Assembly: GCA_902778175.1 (NCBI GenBank)
Contig: CACYWT010000005.1
Location: forward strand, 5,926-69,925
Direction of reading: 5' to 3'
Length of the DNA stretch: 64,000 nucleotides
DNA from: an uncultured Ruminococcus sp.
Lineage (GTDB): Bacteria; Bacillota; Clostridia; Oscillospirales; Acutalibacteraceae
Shown one piece after another: positions 18,068 through 27,444 of the stretch. Positions within the stretch are counted from its first letter, which is position 1, and each line of letters starts with the position of its first letter. A program made the position numbers and the translations under genes. The notes beneath the pieces are model-generated. The model did no database searches. It was given only the letters and a program-made list of their open reading frames with translations, and was not told where the DNA came from.

Positions 18068-21040
18068 ATGGAGAAATACCAGTTTTCAGAAACTGAAAAG
18101 AAATTGATCGAGAGTATTCAGCAGCCTTTAGTTATTTATCAGTATATAAACAAGCGTGTAGTTTCCATTGCGATTTCAGACGGTTTCTGCGAATTGTTCG
18201 GATATACTGACCGCAGTGAAGCGCATCATGATATGGATCATGATATGTACAGGTATACGCATCCTGATGATACTGCGAGAATATCAGAAGCAGCCATTCG
18301 CTTTGCGAAATATGACGAGCCTTTTGATGTCGTATATCGTACAAGAAGGAACAACTGCGCTTGTTATGAGATGATTCACGCGATTGGAAAGCATTATTTC
18401 ACCGAATCAGGAGTTCGTCTTGCTCATGTATCGTATACTGATGAGGGTCCGTATTCTCAGGACGGCTGCATAAGCAAATCAAAGCTCAATACAACTATCA
18501 GCGGCGTCCTTCATGAAGAAAGTCTGGTCAAGGCAAGCCAGTTTGATTATCTGACGGGGCTGCCGAGTATGACTTATTTCTTTGAGCTTGCGGAGCTTGG
18601 CAAGGAATCTATCGAAAAAAGCGGCGGAGTTCCCGCTATGCTTTTTATGGATCTGAGCGGAATGAAATACTTTAATTCCCAATACGGTTTTACTGAGGGA
18701 GATAAACTGATCCAGCAGTTTGCGCGCTTACTTGCACATACATTCAATAGTGAAAACTGCTGTCATATCAGCGGAGATCATTTTACCGTATATACTGAGC
18801 AAAAAGGACTGTCAGACAGATTAAATAAATTTTTTGACGAATGGAAAACACTAAATGACGGCAAGACGCTTCCCGTAAGGGTGGGAATATACACAAACGA
18901 TTTACTGAATCTTCCGGCAAGTATAGCTTGTGACAGGGCTAAATTTGCCTGTGACACGATAAGGAATACATTTAAATCCGGGTTCAGTTATTACGATAAG
19001 AATCTTAGTGATGAAGCAGAAAGAAAACAGTATGTACTTACAAATCTTGATCGTGCAATAAAAGAAAAATGGATAAAGGTCTATTATCAGCCGATAGTAC
19101 GAGCTTTCAGCGGTCATGTATGCGATGAAGAGGCTCTTGCAAGATGGATCGATCCGGAAAAGGGTTTTCTGTCCCCGGGATTCTTCATTCCGTTTCTTGA
19201 AGAGTCGGGGCTTATATATAAGCTCGATATCTACATGGTAGAACAGGTTCTTGAAAAGATGAAATATCAGCTTGAGAACGGCATTAATATAGTTCCTCAT
19301 TCGATCAACTTTTCCAGATCTGATTTTGAGGCTTGTGATCTTGTCGAGGAAGTCCGCAGCAGGGTAGATGCCTCCGGGATCCCCCGCAAAATGATAACTA
19401 TAGAAATAACAGAAAGCGCTGTAGGAAATAATTTTGATTTTATGAAATCACAGATCGAGCGTTTTCAGGAGCTTGGTTTTCCTGTATGGATGGACGACTT
19501 CGGCAGCGGTTATTCTTCGATGGATGTTTTGTCGAGTATCAAATTTGACCTTATCAAGTTTGATATGGTGTTCATGAAGAAATTCGATGTTGAGGAAAGC
19601 AGAAAGATCATACTGACCGAGCTTATGCGTATGGCGACATCTCTTGGTGTTGACACTGTATGCGAGGGCGTCGAAACAGAAAATCAGGTCGTATTTCTTC
19701 AGGAGATCGGATGCGCAAAGCTTCAGGGCTTCTATTTTTCAAAGCCGATACCTCTTGAAACTATTATCGAAAAATATGAAAAAGGGATCCAGATCGGCTA
19801 TGAAAATCCTGATGATGCGAAATACTGCGAGATTATGGGAAGAGTCAATCTTTATGATCTTTCGGCTATTGCAAGTGATGATGACGGTTCACTGAATCAT
19901 TTCTTCAATATGCTTCCAATAGGAATAATAGAAATGCAGGATGACAGCGTTCGTTTTGTGCGGAGCAATCCCTCCTACAGATCGTTTATCAAGCGTTTCT
20001 TTAATTTCGATATGAATTATGCCAGTGTTAATTTTGCAAAAACAAGTAAAATATCAGGTTTTAATTATATTAATTTTCTCAGGGATTGCTGTAAATCCGG
20101 AACACGTCTTGTATATGATGAGCAAATGCCGGACGGTTCAATTGTACATTCATTAGGTAAAAAAATAGCCTATGATCCCGTCAGGAACAGAACAGCCATT
20201 GCCGTAGCCGTTCTTTCAATATCGGAACCTGATAAGGGCGCAACATATGCATCAATAGCACGGGCTCTCGCAGCCGACTATTATAATATTTATTATGTAG
20301 ATCTTAAAACGGATAAGTTTATCGAATACAGCTCGACAGTAGGCGGAGAGGAACTTGCTGTTGAAAGACACGGAGAAAAATTCTTTGAAACTGCCAGACA
20401 TGATACGATGAAACGCATTTATGAAGAAGACAGGGCTCCGTTCCTTACAGGATTTACAAAGAAAAACATTCTTAATGAGCTTGATCAAAACGGTTCATTT
20501 ACGTTTACATACCGGATTATTGATTTTGGGGAACCCACATATGTCAATATGAAGATAATGAGAATGAATCCCGATAGGAACCATATTATTATAGGTATCA
20601 GTGTTATAGATTCCCAGATGAAACAGCAGGAGCTTCACGATGCAATTCAAAGGGAAGAGATGGCTTATTCGAGGATAATGGCTTTGTCCGGCAGCTATCT
20701 TAGTCTTTATACTGTCGATCCGGAAACAAACGGTTATTACCAATATGTTTCTGCTGATGGATACAATAAATTGGATTTAAATAGAAACGGAATAGATTTT
20801 TTCAACGACGGTATTCGTGACTGCAGGAAAATTATATATGATGAGGATATAGATCTGTTCATTGATAATTTCAAAAAGGAAAAAATACTTGTTGATATCA
20901 AAGAAAACGGTGCGTTCATGTTAAAATACAGGATAATTATGGAAAATGAAATCGTACCCGTATTGTTAAAGATAGTTCCGATAACAGAGAGAAACAAAGA
21001 AAAGCTTATCGTAGGTATAAGAAGATGGAAAACAAGATGA
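18068..21040 (+). CDS. multidomain c-di-GMP phosphodiesterase: PAS, degenerate GGDEF, EAL and C-terminal PAS-like repeats
   Basis: The EAL domain looks intact ('YYQPIV', 'EEALARW', 'IEITES', 'DDFGSGYSS', 'CEGVETENQ', 'QGFYFSKP'). The GGDEF motif is degenerate ('ISGDHF'). About 400 aa after EAL contain repeated 'Y(Y/L)..Y.VD..T' PAS-like units. The start could be GTG 18059 or ATG 18068. Confidence 0.8.
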   Translation: MEKYQFSETEKKLIESIQQPLVIYQYINKRVVSIAISDGFCELFGYTDRSEAHHDMDHDMYRYTHPDDTARISEAAIRFAKYDEPFDVVYRTRRNNCACYEMIHAIGKHYFTESGVRLAHVSYTDEGPYSQDGCISKSKLNTTISGVLHEESLVKASQFDYLTGLPSMTYFFELAELGKESIEKSGGVPAMLFMDLSGMKYFNSQYGFTEGDKLIQQFARLLAHTFNSENCCHISGDHFTVYTEQKGLSDRLNKFFDEWKTLNDGKTLPVRVGIYTNDLLNLPASIACDRAKFACDTIRNTFKSGFSYYDKNLSDEAERKQYVLTNLDRAIKEKWIKVYYQPIVRAFSGHVCDEEALARWIDPEKGFLSPGFFIPFLEESGLIYKLDIYMVEQVLEKMKYQLENGINIVPHSINFSRSDFEACDLVEEVRSRVDASGIPRKMITIEITESAVGNNFDFMKSQIERFQELGFPVWMDDFGSGYSSMDVLSSIKFDLIKFDMVFMKKFDVEESRKIILTELMRMATSLGVDTVCEGVETENQVVFLQEIGCAKLQGFYFSKPIPLETIIEKYEKGIQIGYENPDDAKYCEIMGRVNLYDLSAIASDDDGSLNHFFNMLPIGIIEMQDDSVRFVRSNPSYRSFIKRFFNFDMNYASVNFAKTSKISGFNYINFLRDCCKSGTRLVYDEQMPDGSIVHSLGKKIAYDPVRNRTAIAVAVLSISEPDKGATYASIARALAADYYNIYYVDLKTDKFIEYSSTVGGEELAVERHGEKFFETARHDTMKRIYEEDRAPFLTGFTKKNILNELDQNGSFTFTYRIIDFGEPTYVNMKIMRMNPDRNHIIIGISVIDSQMKQQELHDAIQREEMAYSRIMALSGSYLSLYTVDPETNGYYQYVSADGYNKLDLNRNGIDFFNDGIRDCRKIIYDEDIDLFIDNFKKEKILVDIKENGAFMLKYRIIMENEIVPVLLKIVPITERNKEKLIVGIRRWKTR

Positions 21041-21113
21041 TATCGTTTTTTTGCAGAAAGGAGCTGTGATATATAAATAATAATATATTAATCAAGAAGG
21101 AGAAAAGCATATA

Positions 21114-21986
21114 ATGAAGGGACAACCGCGAAAAAACACTTTAATGCAGCTTCAGGTTGGTATAGTATGGAAGATCGTTGCTTCGTTTGTGATAATGCTG
21201 CTGCTGATTCTTATAGTTTATTACTGTAATATTCCGAATCCGAATATGATACTTATAGCAGGACTTGTCCTGTGCTCGGCAATGTTCGGATACGGAGGCG
21301 GAATAGTGGCGTCGGTTATCATGCTGTTCTATACTTTGTTCTTTTTCTCGACAGATAACAGTTTCATTCATTTTACCGATCAGAGTTTTCAGAAGGTGAT
21401 CGTATCCCTTTTCGGAATAACAGCAGATATGATTCTTGTATGCGCGCTGAAAAGGGCGGAGGTAAATGCTTTCAGAGAAATTGATATTCTGACAGAAAAG
21501 CTCAGAGAAGAAAACAAACATCTGCATAATCTTTCACTTACAGATGCATTGACCGGTATCAGAAATCGTCTTGCGCTGCGTCATGATTATGATCTTTATT
21601 GCAATCATGAGGTAACTGTAATGATGGTCGATCTTGATAAATTCAAAGCCATAAATGATAACTACGGTCATCAGGAGGGCGACAGGATACTGAAAGAAAC
21701 AGCAGCACTTCTTTCTGATACTTTTGGCTTGCAGCACTGCTATCGTTTCGGCGGAGATGAGTTCCTGGTTATCATTCCGGATATTGACGAAGAATTATTC
21801 AAAGAAAGGCTGGATAAAATGATGAAGTCAAGACCGGAGATCAAAGAGAACGGAAAAACTGTACAGGTAGGTTTTTCAATAGGATATGTACATGAAAAGC
21901 TCAGCGATAATGATAAACTCAGGAAAATGTTCTCCTCGGCTGACGAGCTTATGTATGAAGCGAAAATGAAAACAAAATCAGAATAA
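21114..21986 (+). CDS. membrane-anchored diguanylate cyclase (GGDEF)
   Basis: Four hydrophobic N-terminal segments. 'DALTGIRNR' and an intact 'RFGGDEF'. RBS 'aaggaga' is present. Confidence 0.85.
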   Translation: MKGQPRKNTLMQLQVGIVWKIVASFVIMLLLILIVYYCNIPNPNMILIAGLVLCSAMFGYGGGIVASVIMLFYTLFFFSTDNSFIHFTDQSFQKVIVSLFGITADMILVCALKRAEVNAFREIDILTEKLREENKHLHNLSLTDALTGIRNRLALRHDYDLYCNHEVTVMMVDLDKFKAINDNYGHQEGDRILKETAALLSDTFGLQHCYRFGGDEFLVIIPDIDEELFKERLDKMMKSRPEIKENGKTVQVGFSIGYVHEKLSDNDKLRKMFSSADELMYEAKMKTKSE

Positions 21987-22027
21987 TAAGGCAAAGTAAT
22001 AATCTAAAAAAGTATAATTGTAGTGCG

Positions 22028-22133
22028 GTATCTTCACTTATTGATACAGTGAAGATACACACTGCAAAAAACAGGCAAACAAGATACAAGGACGGTGTGT
22101 ATTTTTATGCACCATCAGGTGAAATACACACCG
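22028..22133 (+). promoter_or_regulatory. pair of strong stem-loops with reiterated ATACACAC motif upstream of the Cache/GGDEF-like gene
   Basis: Stem 1 is 11 bp (22028-22038/22048-22058). Stem 2 is 12 bp (22093-22104/22122-22133). Neither is followed by a U-run. 'atacacac' or its complement recurs four times. Confidence 0.35.
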
Positions 22134-22153
22134 CATGAATTGGGGTGTATATT

Positions 22154-23551
22154 ATGATCAGCGCAAAAAACAATGATAAAAAAGTCAGAAGCAGTAAGAA
22201 AAATTTCATACTTGCTCTTATATTGCTTTTATCTACTAATATAATTATGGGCATAGTACTGATGAGCTTGTCCAAAAATTCACTTCGCAGTCAGATCTAC
22301 AGTCATATGCTTGATGTATCAAATATGGCTGCTTATCAGCTTGACGGCGATGAAATGAGAGATATGAAAGCAGAAGATATCGGCAGCGAAAAGTATAACA
22401 AGGCTCTTAAAATACTTCGCTCATATCAGCAAACCATACAGCTTGATTATATTTATGCTGTAAGATCCGATAATGACGGAACTTTCTCTTTTATGATCGA
22501 CCCTGATCCGGATTCTCCGGGTACTTTCGGTGAATCAATAGAAACAACGCAGGCATTGATAAATGCATCAAAGGGTACTGCAGATGTTGACGATGTTCCT
22601 CATACTGACGAATGGGGCAGATTTTATTCTGCATATAGTCCGATATTTGATTCAAAAGGAAATGTTGCCGGTATCGTCGGCGTAGATTTCAATGCAGACT
22701 GGTATGACTCAAAGCTTAATTCAAACAGGGCGGTCGCAGTCATAATAACAATTGTTGCTATGACTATCGGTATAATACTTTCGTTTATTATGATGTCGAA
22801 GAACAGAAAGCGTTTTAATGAAATGCTGAGAAACCTTTCAGAGCTTGATCTGGTAACGCTGAAGCTTGATTCCATGATAATGAAAAGTTCGATCAAAAAG
22901 CTTGATTTTCTGCCGAACAGTGAAAGCAAGGTACTGAAAACACTTGCATCGGGAGAAAGTGACACAAGAGAAGTCAGGAATGAATATGATGAAGTCAGCT
23001 CGAGTATTGAAAGTGTATACGAAAAACTCAATAAATATCTTAAATATTTAGATTCTGAGGTATATACAGACAATATGACCGGCGTCAGCAATAAAGCGGC
23101 ATACAGAAAAGCTGTTAATTCCATAGGGGAGAAGATAAAAGAAGGCAAAGCTGTTTTCTCAATAGGGTATTTTGACATAAACGAGATCACAAATATATAT
23201 ACGATTTACGGATATGAAGCAGGCGATATGGTTATGTATGAAACTGCAAAGGTGCTTATGGATGTTTACGGCAAGGAAAATGTCTTTCATATTACCGGTG
23301 ATGAATATATTGTTATTGTTGAAGACGGCGACGCAGAAAAAATGGAATACTATTTCAGAAAATTTGAAGAAGGTATTGAAAAATATAATACAGAACACAA
23401 TAGTCAGAACAGGATCACAGTCGGAAAAGGGTATGTAATATACGATAAGGAAAAATACCCGGACTACCGGAGTGCTTTCATTGCAGCTAAGAAACGATGC
23501 GATGAAGATAAGGCAGAATATTTCAAAAGAAAGACTCAGCCGATCGAATAA
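22154..23551 (+). CDS. membrane sensor with extracytoplasmic Cache-like domain and degenerate GGDEF domain
   Basis: Cache-type pattern 'YIYAVRSD...DEWGRFYSAYSPIFDSKGNVAGIVGVDF' lies between two TM helices. The C-terminal GGDEF fold has 'ITGDEY' in place of GGDEF. Confidence 0.75.
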   Translation: MISAKNNDKKVRSSKKNFILALILLLSTNIIMGIVLMSLSKNSLRSQIYSHMLDVSNMAAYQLDGDEMRDMKAEDIGSEKYNKALKILRSYQQTIQLDYIYAVRSDNDGTFSFMIDPDPDSPGTFGESIETTQALINASKGTADVDDVPHTDEWGRFYSAYSPIFDSKGNVAGIVGVDFNADWYDSKLNSNRAVAVIITIVAMTIGIILSFIMMSKNRKRFNEMLRNLSELDLVTLKLDSMIMKSSIKKLDFLPNSESKVLKTLASGESDTREVRNEYDEVSSSIESVYEKLNKYLKYLDSEVYTDNMTGVSNKAAYRKAVNSIGEKIKEGKAVFSIGYFDINEITNIYTIYGYEAGDMVMYETAKVLMDVYGKENVFHITGDEYIVIVEDGDAEKMEYYFRKFEEGIEKYNTEHNSQNRITVGKGYVIYDKEKYPDYRSAFIAAKKRCDEDKAEYFKRKTQPIE

Positions 23552-23563
23552 TAATAACTGCAT

Positions 23564-23596
23564 AAAAAAACTGCCGCGCTATTGCGGCAGTTTTTT
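23564..23596. terminator. bidirectional intrinsic terminator
   Basis: Stem ctgccgc/gcggcag flanked by aaaaaaa on the left and tttttt on the right. It lies between convergent genes. Confidence 0.8.
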
Positions 23597-23598
23597 CG

Positions 23599-23835
23599 TT
23601 ATTTGAGTGAATCGAGTTTTTTCTGCAGGTCGATCATATGATTACGGCAAGCGGTGATCTCGCCGGTGTATTTATTGAACCATTCAACATCGCGTTCATC
23701 AGGAGTTTCCTGCAGAAGCACCGCCTGAACCAGAGCCGACTGTGATCTTGAACGTTTGCGCTCGATCTCGTCGATCGTCTGGCGGCAGATTTTGATTTCT
23801 TTTTTCAGTTTATGTTTTTCAAAATAGTTACCCAT
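23599..23835 (-). CDS. small coiled-coil protein, unknown function (last gene of the minus-strand operon)
   Basis: 78 aa, charged and heptad-like, with no TM helix. It starts 10 nt after the upstream gene. Confidence 0.55.
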   Translation of the reverse strand: MGNYFEKHKLKKEIKICRQTIDEIERKRSRSQSALVQAVLLQETPDERDVEWFNKYTGEITACRNHMIDLQKKLDSLK

Positions 23836-23845
23836 AGCAAATCCC

Positions 23846-24307
23846 TCAAAATCCTTTCTTGTTAATGGAATCTACGACTTTGGCTGCTTCATCATATCCT
23901 TTGTCGAGATTCTGGCTCATATCTGTAACAGCTGTTCTGATATCTTCAAGAGTATCTTTTTTTTGAATCTGTTCCGGATATTTCATCATGCAGGTCTGCA
24001 GTTCATTGACAGTACGTTTCTGGTCATCAGTCAGACCGGTCATAACGAAGGCAAAGCTGTTTGCACTGCTGTAATCGGAAAGGATCCTGCGGTATCTCAG
24101 CGGAAGATCACCCTCGGCGTCCAGATAGGAATCAATATTGGCTGATGTCTTGATAAGATAATTATTGAACTGTGCGCGATATGTTTCCTGTACCCGATGT
24201 GTTTCGTCGATGTAAAGTCCGATGAAGATCAGAAGAGCGATCAGTGTTATAACAAACAGTACGATCGCGCGGATCATACGACCTTTCATTATTTTTTCCT
24301 GTGTCAC
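23846..24307 (-). CDS. single-pass membrane protein, unknown function
   Basis: 153 aa with an N-terminal TM 'AIVLFVITLIALLIFIGLYI'. Its GTG start overlaps the stop of the upstream 1,016-aa gene (GTGA), which implies translational coupling. Confidence 0.6.
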   Translation of the reverse strand: MTQEKIMKGRMIRAIVLFVITLIALLIFIGLYIDETHRVQETYRAQFNNYLIKTSANIDSYLDAEGDLPLRYRRILSDYSSANSFAFVMTGLTDDQKRTVNELQTCMMKYPEQIQKKDTLEDIRTAVTDMSQNLDKGYDEAAKVVDSINKKGF

Positions 24308-27300
24308 TGTGCGTTCACCTCTTCATCAGACTTATTATCAACATTGCCATCATTATCAGCATTTGCATTTTCTTCGGAGGTATCATCTTCCTCTGAGGTG
24401 TCTTTTCCTTCGGAAGTATCATCATCTCCGGAGGTATCTTTTTCTTCGGAGGTATCATCATCTCCGGAGGTGTCTTTTTCTTCGGAAGTATTATCTTCTC
24501 CGGAAGTATCATCTTCTCCGGGAGGATCCTCACCGGTGTTTTCAGGCTTATAATTTTCTGCAGCAAGCCGTTTCTTTTCGGCTTCTATTGCTTCGCGCAT
24601 ACGTTTTTCATATTTTTCCTTTGCTTCTTTATCTTTGTCCTCAGATGCTTCCTTACGAGCTTGTTTGCCTATCTTTATCATAGATTTCAGCTCATAAAGC
24701 GAGATCAGAGTCAGAGGTATCATTACAAGCAGCAGGAACAGCTTGTGAGTATCGGCAAAGGATCCGAGCCACATATAGAATCCGGACTTACGGACATATA
24801 TACCGAATACATTGGACGGTTTAACGGGTATCTGATCGTTTACGGGATTAGCATCTCCTCTTGTGACGAAGGTTCCGTCTCTGCCGATCCATGCGATTCT
24901 GTGGGTGACAAGCTTGCCCTTGATATCCTCCTGATCGGAATAGAAGGAAATGATATCATCTTTTTTAAGGGTAGCCGGATCACACTTTTTAACTATAATA
25001 TAATCATTAACATGAAGTGTTGATTCCATGCTTCCGGTTTCGACCCTGAGAATACTGTATCCGAAAATATCGACCGGATGACCGATGATCGTGCAGGCAG
25101 TAACATATATAGAGAATACAACAGAAAATCCAAGCAGGAATAAAAGCAGACCGTTAAGCAAACGCTTATACAGCTTTCTGTCTGATAAATCTATCTCATC
25201 ACGCCATGCCTTATACCGTTTTGTCTCGCTTACGAACCAGCGGCGGATGTGTTCAAATATGCTTACATGATATTCTCTGTAGAGAGCGCGCATCTCTCTC
25301 TGTATCTCAGCCTGCTGCTCAGGCGTATACTTTGATTTGTATACCGGCCTTGGCTTGTTTTTGCGGTCTTTCTTGCGCTTGCGCTGGAATTTGCGATCCT
25401 GTATACTACGCATAGTGCGGTACTTGAAAGTCTGCGCATACTTTTTGTAGTATACTTCCATTCTGGTTCGTTTTTCTTTTTCTTTTGCTTTCTTTTCGCG
25501 CTTGTCAATAATTTGCTGACGGCGCTCCTTGAAATCCGGACGGTCCGTGTCTTCCGGTATGATTCCGAAAACCATAGCCAGAATATACCTGATAAGACGA
25601 ATGAGCATCCAGAAAGGATTTCTTGAATATTCGCGGCGGATCTGTTTAAAGGGCTTGCTTTCAAAGTACTTGCGCTCTGCTTTAAGCCGCTGTGCGCGTT
25701 CCGTTTCGGCGCGTTCCTTTTCACGCTGCTGCTGTTCCCGTTTCATACGGGCTGCAACCTCTGCCGGAGATTCGTTTTCGGGAAGTTTCTTTGCTGCGGC
25801 AACCTCCGGGGGAGATTCCTTCGCTTTGATATCGGAAGCAGTACCCAGTTCGGAGCGGACACGTTTCTTTTCTTCTGCGATGCGTATTCGTTCGCGTTCC
25901 TTAGCCTCTTCAGCCTCACGCTGCTTCCGTTCTTCCTCGAGTCTGGCTTTTTCTTCCTCTTCCTTTTTGCGTTTTTCCTCGAGAAGCCGCAGACGTTCCT
26001 GCTCCATACGTTCGCGTTCGCGTTCTGCTTCTTCCTGTTCTCTTCGTTTCTGCTCGAGCATTTCCTGGATAAGCCGTTCCTGTTCGGCTTTTTCCGCTTC
26101 AATGCGTTCAAGCTCAGCCTGACGTTCTGCTTCAATGCGTTCTTCTTCAAGCCGCCTGCGTTCCATTTCCTCGGCAAGTCTTTGTTCTTCCAGTTCCTTT
26201 GCCCTGAGTTCTTCCTGATAGTTTTGTTCTATCTGAATAGCAAGTTCGATCTGCTGAAGTATCTCATCTGCATTTTCGGGGACGGATTGCCTGAGCTGCA
26301 TATCGCTTGTCTGTGTGATATAGCCCGAACCGCCTTTTGACGTAGAGTCAAATCTTGTACTGACATCTTCAAACAGTTTAACTATCTTCGGAGCAACAGG
26401 CTCAAGCTGTCTTACTTCCATCAGTTCCTGATCCGGAGAAACAGAGGATCTGAAAAGCAGCAGATGCAGACCGATCAGTTCATAGAAATCATTAATGAAG
26501 TTTTCATTCGGCTGGACAGCCGAATCCTCAATATTGATCTCATAACCGACTTTATCATAGCTTTCGATATACTGCCAAAGTGTAAGGCAGGCTTTGAGGT
26601 CAACATTTTTCATAATTGCGTTGGTACGCATTACCGGGGGACGGATATATGTGCTGCCGAGTGTCTGGCATAATTCAGACCCCTTATAACCTTCAATGAC
26701 CTTTTTAAGCTTTTCGACTCTCTGCCATATCGTATAGCCGCTCCGGTCCCTGGTTTCAAGACTGTGTTCATTTTCAATATGAACTTCAATCTTCATTTTG
26801 CCGCCGTTGCGGTCGTCGATCGAGGTATTGAAACCGAGTGTGAATACTTCCTCGTCCTTTGACACCTTTGCGAGCTTTTCATAACGCATGGTTATGAAGA
26901 TATAAAGTCTGTCGATGAGCGTATTTACAAATTTATTTTCATATGTCATAAGGCTTTCTTCCTTATGAACATTAAGTATTTTCGACGGAGTTATCTTACC
27001 GGTTTTTTTATCAATGCTTTGTATCAGGTCTGTATGCTGAGCCAGATGCTTTACAGATTCTACGGTAATTTTTTTCGATAGTGCTATAGGAACAATCTCT
27101 TCAACGTCCTCGATCGTTCTTCTCGGATTACGCAGGACATTGTCTACATGAATAAGTCCCTTTTCGATCGCCTCGACCCAGGAAGAGTCAATGACCTTCT
27201 GCATTACAATGCGGTTAAGAGCAAAAGATCCTTCCGTGCCTTTGAGAATGTTCATCAGCGATTTGAATTGCGGATCATCTTTATACAGATCCATTACTTC

Positions 27301-27354
27301 ATTGTGTTCCTGATCATATTCGTCACGGTATGGATTTTTTTCTTCATCGCTCAC
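24304..27354 (-). CDS. fusion protein: McrC/DUF2357-like N-domain, E/R/K-rich long helix, TM, SipW-type (S26, Ser/His) signal peptidase, TM and acidic repeat tail
   Basis: The N-terminal ~310 aa are soluble and carry 'TYENKFVNTLIDRL'. Residues ~365-565 are almost only E/R/K/A/Q/L. A TM helix follows ('LLNGLLLFLLGFSVVFSIYVTACTIIG'). The S26 motifs are 'GSMESTL', 'THRI' and 'RGDANPVND'. A second TM helix is 'LFLLLVMIPLTLISLY'. The tail carries DTS-rich repeats. Confidence 0.7.
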   Translation of the reverse strand: MSDEEKNPYRDEYDQEHNEVMDLYKDDPQFKSLMNILKGTEGSFALNRIVMQKVIDSSWVEAIEKGLIHVDNVLRNPRRTIEDVEEIVPIALSKKITVESVKHLAQHTDLIQSIDKKTGKITPSKILNVHKEESLMTYENKFVNTLIDRLYIFITMRYEKLAKVSKDEEVFTLGFNTSIDDRNGGKMKIEVHIENEHSLETRDRSGYTIWQRVEKLKKVIEGYKGSELCQTLGSTYIRPPVMRTNAIMKNVDLKACLTLWQYIESYDKVGYEINIEDSAVQPNENFINDFYELIGLHLLLFRSSVSPDQELMEVRQLEPVAPKIVKLFEDVSTRFDSTSKGGSGYITQTSDMQLRQSVPENADEILQQIELAIQIEQNYQEELRAKELEEQRLAEEMERRRLEEERIEAERQAELERIEAEKAEQERLIQEMLEQKRREQEEAERERERMEQERLRLLEEKRKKEEEEKARLEEERKQREAEEAKERERIRIAEEKKRVRSELGTASDIKAKESPPEVAAAKKLPENESPAEVAARMKREQQQREKERAETERAQRLKAERKYFESKPFKQIRREYSRNPFWMLIRLIRYILAMVFGIIPEDTDRPDFKERRQQIIDKREKKAKEKEKRTRMEVYYKKYAQTFKYRTMRSIQDRKFQRKRKKDRKNKPRPVYKSKYTPEQQAEIQREMRALYREYHVSIFEHIRRWFVSETKRYKAWRDEIDLSDRKLYKRLLNGLLLFLLGFSVVFSIYVTACTIIGHPVDIFGYSILRVETGSMESTLHVNDYIIVKKCDPATLKKDDIISFYSDQEDIKGKLVTHRIAWIGRDGTFVTRGDANPVNDQIPVKPSNVFGIYVRKSGFYMWLGSFADTHKLFLLLVMIPLTLISLYELKSMIKIGKQARKEASEDKDKEAKEKYEKRMREAIEAEKKRLAAENYKPENTGEDPPGEDDTSGEDNTSEEKDTSGDDDTSEEKDTSGDDDTSEGKDTSEEDDTSEENANADNDGNVDNKSDEEVNAQ
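24355..24543 (-). repeat. in-frame 36-nt tandem repeat encoding (EEKDTSGDDDTS)n acidic tail
   Basis: There are two exact 12-aa units (aa 958-969 and 970-981), flanked by degenerate units. The repeat is visible on the plus strand as ggtatcatcatctccggaggt(a/g)tctttttcttcgga. Confidence 0.85.
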
Positions 27355-27444
27355 TTCATTCTCACCTGCCGATCATTATTATTTCGGGATATATCTCATC
27401 TGTTCACAGCATTAAGCTCAGACAGACAAATATCCCATTGAAAG

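Noticed and set aside
21987-22153. c-di-GMP-I (GEMM) riboswitch upstream of a GGDEF-like gene
   Set aside because: Only a 'ggcaaac' fragment resembles the consensus. The conserved paired-helix core with GNRA tetraloop and receptor is not recognisable by eye. I left it as an unassigned structured leader.
24197-24683. Two overlapping plus-strand ORFs (118 and 153 aa) with striking 'SSEVS' and 'LRRYH' periodicity
   Set aside because: The periodicity is the mirror image of the 36-nt acidic-tail repeat on the minus strand. They have no RBS and they overlap two well-supported genes.
25529-26177. 197-aa plus-strand and 144-aa minus-strand alternative-frame ORFs in the E/R/K-coding region
   Set aside because: They arise from purine-rich repetitive codons. 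Their products are Ser/Arg or Lys/Asn low-complexity strings with no start context.
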